35,204 nucleotides of DNA, taken from the NCBI GenBank assembly GCA_964468145.1, contig CAYXWE010000001.1:1-35204 (forward strand). Direction: 5' to 3'. The notes beneath the pieces are model-generated. The model saw nothing but the letters and a program-made list of their open reading frames with translations. It ran no database searches and had not been told where the DNA came from. The DNA comes from an uncultured Pleurocapsa sp. (GTDB lineage: Bacteria > Cyanobacteriota > Cyanobacteriia > Cyanobacteriales > Xenococcaceae). The position numbers were made by a program, and so were the translations under genes. Below are positions 11,127 through 19,161 of the stretch, in pieces. Position 1 is the first letter of the stretch. Every line of letters starts with the position of its first letter.

Positions 11127-12746
11127 ATGAAAAAAAATATCAAAAAGAAACATTTTTACGCCATCTTTATTTTACTATTAATATCTAGTTCAATCGTAGG
11201 CTGTCAATGGCTAAGAGATAATCAAACAGAAAAATCAGGATCAAAAGAAGTAACCGAGAATAATCCTGACCTATCTAATAGTTTTAAAAAGATAAACGAT
11301 GCTTTAGAAAATTTTATTCAAGATAAAGAAGATTTTATCAAAAGCTTAGAATATGGCGTTCAGTACAACAATGATCCAGAAAAACTCAAAAAAATAAGCA
11401 GCGATGCTTTAAGTAATAGTTTTGATAGTTTGAATACAGCCATAAAAAATAAACCTTCAATAGAATTATCTACTATAGAACAAAATAGACTAATAACTTT
11501 AGAGAATTCTATCAACACAACCATTAGCAAAATTAAAGAAATAATTATTCCTGCGAAAGATGGTTTAACAGAAGAAGCAATTAAAGAAATACAAGATGTA
11601 ATTTATCCTTCATCATCATCAGAAGAGTATGGCAAGTTTGATGAAAAGACTAAAAACGAAATTGTTAATATTCTAAACGGCACCACAAATGCTCCTAGTT
11701 TAGTGTCTCAAACCAAAAAGTTAGTAGATATATATTCTCAAAATACTGAAACAGCAGAGGGCGAAAGTTCTACAGATAAAGATGAGTTAGCCAAGACAGA
11801 AAACAGAACAATTTCCGAGCAAGAAACACTTGCCTTAAAACAACAAATTATTCAAGATATAAAAGAGACTTATACATTACGTGGTCTATTTTTACCTGGT
11901 TTTGTAAGTGGTTTTTTAGGAGGAATATTATCGTTTTTGTCATTAATAATGCTCGAATTAGGTTATAATAAATTAGCAAAAAACCAAAAGAAACCCAGTA
12001 GTAAAAAACATCTTAAAGCCCTATCACAACAATCAACTGCAAGTAGTTCAACTCCCGTTCAAAGTCATCAACCAGCAACTAATGTGTCTAATTATGATTA
12101 TAGTAGATATCTTCAAGAAATTAGCCAGTTAAAAAGTGATAATAATGAATTAAACCGTGAGTTATTTAAAGTTACCGAACAAATTAATCATTTAACAAGA
12201 AGATTACAAATAATCGAAAAAAATAAAAGTAGTAAAACTCTAAGCTATGAATCAAATAGTGGGTTATACACGCCTCAGCAAGATTACACTCCTCAACCTG
12301 TAAGACAATCTAGACCAACTCCTCCACCTAGTTATGAAACCAAACCTCATTCGATAGTTCCTTCTCCTCCCTCTAATTACTCAACTCCTCGATTAGTACA
12401 AACCTATAATCGAGATGCGAAGTCCCTATTACGTAACGTGACAGAAGTATCAGAAACTCAAGAAAGCTTTAGCAATCGCAGTGTAGGAAAAAGTACAACA
12501 GTGATTCTAGAAAGCAAAAATAAAGGTATTTATGCAGTAATAGAGGAAGGAAATACTAATTATTTGATTCCAAGCAGATATTTCACCATAACCAAAAACA
12601 ACTATCAAACAGTTGAATATTTATTTGAATGTCGTGGATATCAGCCAAGTTATTCTAAAGATTTTGAACTTGTTAAACCAGCAGTAGTAATACCTCTTTC
12701 TGGTAATCAGTGGCAATTACAAGAGCGAGGAATCTTAGAATTTTGA
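11127..12746 (+). CDS. Predicted lipoprotein with an internal TM helix, coiled coil and C-terminal repeated domain (subtype A)
   Basis: Basic N-terminus, hydrophobic core and IVG-C lipobox; TM GLFLPGFVSGFLGGILSFLSLIML; P/S-rich linker; ends QWQLQERGILEF. Confidence 0.75.
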   Translation: MKKNIKKKHFYAIFILLLISSSIVGCQWLRDNQTEKSGSKEVTENNPDLSNSFKKINDALENFIQDKEDFIKSLEYGVQYNNDPEKLKKISSDALSNSFDSLNTAIKNKPSIELSTIEQNRLITLENSINTTISKIKEIIIPAKDGLTEEAIKEIQDVIYPSSSSEEYGKFDEKTKNEIVNILNGTTNAPSLVSQTKKLVDIYSQNTETAEGESSTDKDELAKTENRTISEQETLALKQQIIQDIKETYTLRGLFLPGFVSGFLGGILSFLSLIMLELGYNKLAKNQKKPSSKKHLKALSQQSTASSSTPVQSHQPATNVSNYDYSRYLQEISQLKSDNNELNRELFKVTEQINHLTRRLQIIEKNKSSKTLSYESNSGLYTPQQDYTPQPVRQSRPTPPPSYETKPHSIVPSPPSNYSTPRLVQTYNRDAKSLLRNVTEVSETQESFSNRSVGKSTTVILESKNKGIYAVIEEGNTNYLIPSRYFTITKNNYQTVEYLFECRGYQPSYSKDFELVKPAVVIPLSGNQWQLQERGILEF

Positions 12747-14986
12747 GCATAGATATATTCCTTCCAGAATTTACCTTTATAGACTTAGAAGAAGCTTTGC
12801 CAGGTGCTTTATTACCCGAAGAGGCTAAATTTTTAGTTTTTAAAGCTCAAAATATTACTCCTTTACTACCTCTCAATCCTCTCTTACTTGATTACTTTAC
12901 TCCCGAAGAAATAATCGAGAATCTGAGAATTTATAACATCGAAGAAAGCGAACAACCACAAATAAGAATTGTCCTCGATTTACCTGCTGATAAATTAAAA
13001 AACAGTAATTTACCCCAAAACCCTCCTTTCACTAAAGACTATCCTCTCAAAGAAGAAAACGCCTTAACTGAAGTACCTGTCTTAGAACTCTGGCCACACT
13101 TCCGCGCTGAAGGATGGAACGAGTATTATGGTTTTTATTACGATAATGAAGTTATAGCTTCTACAAGACCCGAAGATAAGACTTTTCAAATTAGCCTCTC
13201 TGAAGCCAAAGAACCTCATCCTTTTAAAGATGGGAGGGGTTCGTATCAAATTACCCGTTTAGAGAATTTTCCTACTTTTATTGAATGCCAGGATAAAAAT
13301 CGTAATCTTATAGGGCTTATTTTACTGAAACCTCCCGAAAAAATTCAGCTTACTTATACCTGGAAAGTTGGGGTAGATTTTGGCACTTCTCTCACCAATA
13401 TTTATGTTAATAGCAGAGGAAATCCTAAGCCATTACCTTTAGAAAGTTTGCATCTTAAGGTAGCAGAAACGCAAACGGAAAGTCGTTTTCCTGCTTTAGC
13501 TGAATACTTTATTCCCGAAAACTTTATCCCCCTAGAAAAACCATTACCTCTTTGTAGCATATTGACAACTAGAGGAAGTAAAGAGCGAGATTCAGAACGC
13601 TCCATTTGTGATGGTCGCATCTATATTCCTTCTCCTTCATTTGACCCCAAAGAAGAATGTTTTAAAACTGATTTGAGTTTGTCACAAAATAATCTTAGGT
13701 ATATTAGATTATTTCTCAAACATTTAGCTCTACACATCACAGCGATGTTAGCAAAAAAGAAAGTCAAACAAATTCAATGGTGTCTTGCTTATCCTGCTGA
13801 TTTTTCTCGAAAACAAAAGTATCAATACGCTCATATTTTGCAACAAATAACTGAAGAGTTACAGTCAAGGACAGGAATTATTCAACTTTGTCCAGATATA
13901 AGAGACACAGAGCATTTACGTTCGGAAAATGTAGCTTTTGCTCAATATTTTGCCGACGAAGAAAAACATAATTTAGTCAGAAGTACCTGCATTAATCTAG
14001 AAAAGGAAACTTCAAATATTTCTATCTGGCAAGCACAACGAGATCGCTTTAAGTTAATTCATCAATGTCAGCTACAGCTAGGTCGTAAACACTTATTCGA
14101 CCAATTTTTGGAGCTAAACCCTAACTTTTTATTTCAAAAATTTGATGTCAATCCTAGGGAGTTAAATGGCTTAAAAGAAGGAAACTTCAGTGCTAAACTC
14201 GATATCAAACTACGTTACGAAAGTGATAATTGGCTTCAAAAAAGAGACTTTTTAGCAAAAGACCCCGAATTTCAAGGGCTGATTAGATTGATGGCAATCG
14301 GCACGGCAGGATTGTACTACTATGTAGGGACTATTTTGAGAGTTCTCTATGAAAGAGGCAAGTACAGCAAAAAGGAAATTACTCCCATTTACGTAGGCGA
14401 AATAGGTTCTAAAATACTCAACTGGCTGGCAATAGGGGGTAAATTTGACCGTCATTGCGAAGTTAATAAGTTATTTAGTCGGATGCTCTCTAAAGCTTCT
14501 GGTTTTGAAGATACCAAAGAAATTACTCGTTTAAGCACTAGACCTCAAGATGAAATAGCCTGTGGCTTGGTACTTAATGCTACCCCATTAGAAGATATAG
14601 ATAGTAAGCAATCACGACTTTTAATTGCTGGAGAAGACTGCACGATTAACGGTCAACCTATAAGCTGGAAAGATGACTTAGACTTAGAAGGAAATATTCA
14701 GGGTTTTGATATTTCCGAACTCATAAAAGTTCCTAATTTTCTCGATGAGTTTAATCTTGCCATAAAAGAGTTGGATATTGACGAACTTACTCCCATGCCA
14801 GCTTTTAAGGGTGACAAACTCGAACCTCGTTATTACGACCGATTGTGGCGCGATACTCAAAAAGAGCTAAGAACCAACTTAGTGAAAATCAGAGGACACT
14901 CAGATGACATTCGCGTCGAACCTCCTTTTATCTTAGGACTAAAAGCATTGCTCAGAGTTCTTGGCAAAGAATGGGCAGGTAAATAA
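12743..14986 (+). CDS. Second, N-terminally truncated actin/Hsp70-fold protein with degenerate ATPase motifs (paralogue of 6611-9865)
   Basis: Aligns with the first copy from FLPEFTF to the identical end LGLKALLRVLGKEWAGK. Phosphate-2 reads CINLEKETSNIS and adenosine reads YVGEIGSKIL. The ORF track starts at GTG 12710; TTG 12743, overlapping the upstream TGA, is my preferred start. Confidence 0.75.
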   Translation: MSIDIFLPEFTFIDLEEALPGALLPEEAKFLVFKAQNITPLLPLNPLLLDYFTPEEIIENLRIYNIEESEQPQIRIVLDLPADKLKNSNLPQNPPFTKDYPLKEENALTEVPVLELWPHFRAEGWNEYYGFYYDNEVIASTRPEDKTFQISLSEAKEPHPFKDGRGSYQITRLENFPTFIECQDKNRNLIGLILLKPPEKIQLTYTWKVGVDFGTSLTNIYVNSRGNPKPLPLESLHLKVAETQTESRFPALAEYFIPENFIPLEKPLPLCSILTTRGSKERDSERSICDGRIYIPSPSFDPKEECFKTDLSLSQNNLRYIRLFLKHLALHITAMLAKKKVKQIQWCLAYPADFSRKQKYQYAHILQQITEELQSRTGIIQLCPDIRDTEHLRSENVAFAQYFADEEKHNLVRSTCINLEKETSNISIWQAQRDRFKLIHQCQLQLGRKHLFDQFLELNPNFLFQKFDVNPRELNGLKEGNFSAKLDIKLRYESDNWLQKRDFLAKDPEFQGLIRLMAIGTAGLYYYVGTILRVLYERGKYSKKEITPIYVGEIGSKILNWLAIGGKFDRHCEVNKLFSRMLSKASGFEDTKEITRLSTRPQDEIACGLVLNATPLEDIDSKQSRLLIAGEDCTINGQPISWKDDLDLEGNIQGFDISELIKVPNFLDEFNLAIKELDIDELTPMPAFKGDKLEPRYYDRLWRDTQKELRTNLVKIRGHSDDIRVEPPFILGLKALLRVLGKEWAGK

Positions 14987-15016
14987 AATATGGCTTGAAG
15001 TATTGAGGGAAAACTT

Positions 15017-16699
15017 ATGCCACATTGTCCGATTTGTGAGACTGAATATATTCAAGGGCAAAAAAAGTGTTCTCAATGTGAATGGGATTTGATAAATTCT
15101 GTTTTAGTTGATACAGGAACAGCGATAAGTATTGAAGAAGCAAAAATCAACTTAACCATAGAAAAAGCGATCGCTTCTGGTCGAGATATGTGGCAGAAGT
15201 TAACCCAACTTCAAGCTTCACAAACACCTCAAATTCTGCCTAAAACTGAATCAGAATACAAAAAATTAGAAAAAGATATTATTGGAATCCAGGGCAAAAT
15301 AAGTTCTTTAGAAGCTTTTACAAAAGAATATAAACAAAAGTATTTTCAGCTACAAGCATTAATTAAAGAAAAAGAAAATATTTCTAATATACTTGACGGA
15401 TTAAAAAAAGAATTTAAGGATGACATAAATACTTCTAAATTGGAGAAAGAGCATCAACAAACTCAAAAATTTGCCAAACTAGAAGCTCGTTTAAATTTTC
15501 TCGAAAAAACTCTAAGGCAATCTCATAGCTCCAACAATCAAGCAATTCCTGTAACGGGAGCTTTAGAAGTCCCTAAAATAATTCCCATCAAAATCTCTCC
15601 AGAAAAATTAAGGGAAATTTATCACGAAGTTCCTCAAGTATTGTCAGCTTATGCTATTCGTGTTTCCCTAACAGCAGATAGCTACCGCAAAAAAACTTCG
15701 GGAGAAATATATCTTGAAAAACTTGGTAGAGGTAATTATTGGGTTATTGCTCTCGAAGCGAAAGATCGAGAACAATATTGTCTTTTCCCCTATGGAAACT
15801 TGACTGTTAATCTACACAGTCTCAAAACCGTTGAATGCTTATTTCAATTTAAAGAAAAACATTCAACACAAACAACCGAATTCACAGTGGTTAAACCAGC
15901 CATCGTTTCTCTTCTACCTAACGGACAACAGTGGAAACTAGAAATCAAGGGAGTTCTCGACTTCCGTAACCCCTATCGCTCGTCCTCAGCGAGATCGCAA
16001 GTAGACAAAAATCAAATTGAGGATAGTCAACTTCAGTCTCAAATAGAACATTTGTCTCAAGAGAACCAGCAACTAAAATCTCAGATGAGTGAAGTACTAT
16101 CTCAATTGAAGCAAGCTAATGAAGAACGCCAACAACTACAAGATAAAATCTCTTTGATAGAACAACAGTTTGACTCTGAGAATACAAAACCTAAATTAAA
16201 ACAAAATAATTCAAATTCTCGATTAATACAAGTTTTAGTAGAAGTTTATAATCGAGAACCAAGTTCGTTACTAACAGACGGTAAAGAAGTATCAGAAACC
16301 CCAAATAGTCTCAGCGACCGCATACTAAAAAATAGTCAAACAGTAATCTTTGAAAATAAAAATAGAGGGATTTATTCAGTAGTAGTCAAAGGAAATACTA
16401 ATTATTTATTTCCCAGCAATAATTTTAAAAACTTGAATCTAACCAGTACTACTTATAAAACAATTGAAGTTGTGTTTGAATGTCGTGGCTATAAAATAGG
16501 ATATTATAATATTTTTAAATTTGTCAAACCAGCAATAGTAATTCCTACCTCTAATAATCAATGGCAATTACAAGAACGAGGAATCTTAGATTTTTCGAGG
16601 GATGAACAGCGACTTAATTATCAAAAAAAAACTAAAAAACTTGAAGATTATCTAAATGAAGTTAAAGAATATTTTACTAATAATAATTCCTACCTTTAG
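15017..16699 (+). CDS. Zn-ribbon + coiled coils + two copies of the repeated domain (subtype B then subtype A)
   Basis: CPIC...CSQC; copies at about 15608-15964 (RVSLT..GNYWVI..VVKPAIV..WKLEIKGVLDF) and 16235-16594 (EVSET..FECRGY..WQLQERGILDF). Confidence 0.8.
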   Translation: MPHCPICETEYIQGQKKCSQCEWDLINSVLVDTGTAISIEEAKINLTIEKAIASGRDMWQKLTQLQASQTPQILPKTESEYKKLEKDIIGIQGKISSLEAFTKEYKQKYFQLQALIKEKENISNILDGLKKEFKDDINTSKLEKEHQQTQKFAKLEARLNFLEKTLRQSHSSNNQAIPVTGALEVPKIIPIKISPEKLREIYHEVPQVLSAYAIRVSLTADSYRKKTSGEIYLEKLGRGNYWVIALEAKDREQYCLFPYGNLTVNLHSLKTVECLFQFKEKHSTQTTEFTVVKPAIVSLLPNGQQWKLEIKGVLDFRNPYRSSSARSQVDKNQIEDSQLQSQIEHLSQENQQLKSQMSEVLSQLKQANEERQQLQDKISLIEQQFDSENTKPKLKQNNSNSRLIQVLVEVYNREPSSLLTDGKEVSETPNSLSDRILKNSQTVIFENKNRGIYSVVVKGNTNYLFPSNNFKNLNLTSTTYKTIEVVFECRGYKIGYYNIFKFVKPAIVIPTSNNQWQLQERGILDFSRDEQRLNYQKKTKKLEDYLNEVKEYFTNNNSYL

Positions 16700-16814
16700 T
16701 AATCAATAGCAATTACAGGAACGAGGATTTTTAGATTTTTAGGCAAAAAATAATTTATTTCAAATTATTTTAAAAATTATTTAGATAAAACTAAATATAC
16801 AACAAGAATCAAAA

Positions 16815-18830
16815 ATGAAAAATGAACCAGAGAATTTAGACTATCTCAAGCAAAAAATTAATCAACTAGAAGATAAAGTAGAAAAATTGCTGTCTTCTCA
16901 AGCTGCATCAAACTCCCATAATGCAGTACAAGTAACTGGTGCTTTAGAAACTAATAAAATCAAAACTCTTCAAGTATCTCCTCAACAACTTGTCAATATT
17001 TATAATGATGTTCCTCAAGTGTTACTAGAGTACATTAAAAGAGTTTCGCTCACAGAAGAAAGTTATCGCAATAAAGATAAAGGGTTAATTATTCTCGAAG
17101 AAGCTCCTAGAGGAAATTATTGGGTAATTACTACACGAGAAACAAATCGAGAAAGACACTGGATCGTGCCTAATGGCAATGTTTACTTTAACATTTTTCA
17201 AACTCAAAGCTTGAGATATTTATTTCAAGTCGAAGGAGAAAATTTTAACGATTTAAGTGAATTTATTCTCAGAGAGCCAGCGAGGGTTGCTTTAGAACCA
17301 AATGGAAGAGAATGGAAGTTAGAGAAAAAGGGAATTCTTCATTTAGGGAAAACAGCTTTATCATCCAAGCTTCCATTAGATAGTGAATTTGACGAACAAC
17401 AAGAAAAGTCTAGAGTTGTTGAGAATGAACTATTTACTTTTATCAAAAAAATCGAAAAAGAAACTATTAAAAAATCAAAACAAGCCTTGCATTCAGTATC
17501 TAAATATGATAGTCACTTGAAAGAGCAATTAACAAAAATAAATAATACTAATAACGAACTAGAAACAACAAAAATTAAAACAAATATTAAAATAGAAAAT
17601 TTACAATCCCGACAAAAAAAAATAGATAAAAAAATTAAAATTTTTGTAGGATTGGGAACGGTTATAGCGATAGCTGCTGCTACCATTTTATATTTAGGAA
17701 ATCGTCAAATTAATCAACTTAATACTACATTAGATCGACTTGATGCTAATTTAAATCAACTTAATACCAATTCAAATAAACTACAAGATAAGATAATAGC
17801 TTTAGAAGACAAAACAGGAAGGAATATTGTTAATCTTTTACAAGAAAAAAAAATTACTGTTAAGGCAAAAGGAACTGGTCTAACAAAAATTGAATTAGAA
17901 ATTTGTCCTAATATAAATATTGAACATCAGCTTACTGTATTAATTCCTGCTGGAAGTTTTTATGAATCTACTTCTGAAAATTTTGAGTCAGCTTCTTTAA
18001 TTACTACCAGAAATGAAAGTGTGATTTTTACTAGAGATCGATGTTCTTCTCTGATTATTCCATCTCTCACAACAAGCTTCAATAAAAAATTACCGCAATC
18101 AAAAGATACACTTACAGTTAAGCGAAAGGATTGGCAACCAAATGTCAAAAAACTATTAAATTTAATAGCAAAAGACTATACTCAATTAAATGATTTTGAA
18201 TCAATAATGATCCAGCAAACAGCAATTTTAATTTTGGCAGAAAATGCTGATTATGAAAGCTTAGAAAAGTTTAATGCTTTTGTATCATTTTCTCAAAATA
18301 TTGATTATGTGGAAACTATTAATCCCAATCAGACACTAAACGGACAATTAGCACAAACGGACGCTAAAAATCCGACACAAATTAAAAAATTTAAAGATGA
18401 TTATCTATTAAGTTGGATACCGCCAAATTACAAAATTAAAGTTGATTTATTATCTTCCGAATTTGACACCTATTTAGAAATTATTGATGCTTCAACAGGA
18501 GAAGTATTAAACAAAAATGATGATGGTGGGGAAGGAAGTAATTCCCAACTTCAATTTACCACGAAATTTGGCAGAAATTATTTAATTCGCGTTACCAGTT
18601 TTCTAAATAAGGATACTGGTGCTTACAGTCTAAGAACAAAAACAAATAATAGTGTTAATGCCAAATTAATTAATGAAGATACAATAGTTAAAGCAATCAA
18701 ACTAATTGATGAAGCAGAGATTAATATTACTGACTATGATATTTGGCTTTCTCGCAATAAAATTGAAGATAATGTTAAAAATAGAGAACTTAAAAAATGG
18801 CTTCAACAAAAGTATAGCAATCCTATTTGA
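16815..18830 (+). CDS. Repeated domain (subtype B) + coiled coil + single TM + extracytoplasmic region with a PPC-like domain
   Basis: N-terminal VTGALE..RVSLT..GNYWVI..EPARV..WKLEKKGIL; TM IFVGLGTVIAIAAATILYLG; PPC-type SSEFDTYLEIID...NDDGGEGSNSQL...YLIRVTSF...GAYSL. Confidence 0.75.
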   Translation: MKNEPENLDYLKQKINQLEDKVEKLLSSQAASNSHNAVQVTGALETNKIKTLQVSPQQLVNIYNDVPQVLLEYIKRVSLTEESYRNKDKGLIILEEAPRGNYWVITTRETNRERHWIVPNGNVYFNIFQTQSLRYLFQVEGENFNDLSEFILREPARVALEPNGREWKLEKKGILHLGKTALSSKLPLDSEFDEQQEKSRVVENELFTFIKKIEKETIKKSKQALHSVSKYDSHLKEQLTKINNTNNELETTKIKTNIKIENLQSRQKKIDKKIKIFVGLGTVIAIAAATILYLGNRQINQLNTTLDRLDANLNQLNTNSNKLQDKIIALEDKTGRNIVNLLQEKKITVKAKGTGLTKIELEICPNINIEHQLTVLIPAGSFYESTSENFESASLITTRNESVIFTRDRCSSLIIPSLTTSFNKKLPQSKDTLTVKRKDWQPNVKKLLNLIAKDYTQLNDFESIMIQQTAILILAENADYESLEKFNAFVSFSQNIDYVETINPNQTLNGQLAQTDAKNPTQIKKFKDDYLLSWIPPNYKIKVDLLSSEFDTYLEIIDASTGEVLNKNDDGGEGSNSQLQFTTKFGRNYLIRVTSFLNKDTGAYSLRTKTNNSVNAKLINEDTIVKAIKLIDEAEINITDYDIWLSRNKIEDNVKNRELKKWLQQKYSNPI

Positions 18831-18941
18831 AATGAGAAAGGATAGTCATAACTAACTTGCAAACTTGCTTTAATCTTTGTTGGTGTAATCAGTTACCAGT
18901 TACATTTTCTGCTTTGCTCTGTTTTATAATTAATTAAGCTT

Positions 18942-19045
18942 ATATGAAATACTTTAAAGTTTGCTACAGATGAAAAGTAGAAGAGGTCAAAGAGGTAGAG
19001 GAAGTAGAAGTATTAATTTGTCGTATTCATTTGTGGATTTCATAT
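18942..19045. repeat. 104-bp intergenic MITE-like / structured inverted-repeat element
   Basis: Terminal ATATGAAAT (18942-18950) pairs with ATTTCATAT (19037-19045). Inner CTACAGATGAA (18964-18974) pairs with TTCATTTGTGG (19026-19036). The loop carries purine-rich ~9-mer repeats. Confidence 0.5.
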
Positions 19046-19161
19046 TATCTACTTATTGCTAGAGAATAATCATAACAAAGGTTTCAAATTTATTAATATT
19101 TTCTTTAATAATTAATCCTCAGAATCAACTAAAGGAAAAAAATCTAGATTTTTTTGTAAAC

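Noticed and set aside
12735-12750. Programmed -1 frameshift fusing the lipoprotein to the second ATPase
   Set aside because: No X XXY YYZ heptamer in phase at GAA TTT TGA, and the same ending occurs at 11086 with nothing to fuse to.
17705-17785. 21-bp periodic repeat (AATCAACTTAATAC)
   Set aside because: Explained by coiled-coil heptads INQLNTT LDRLDAN LNQLNTN.
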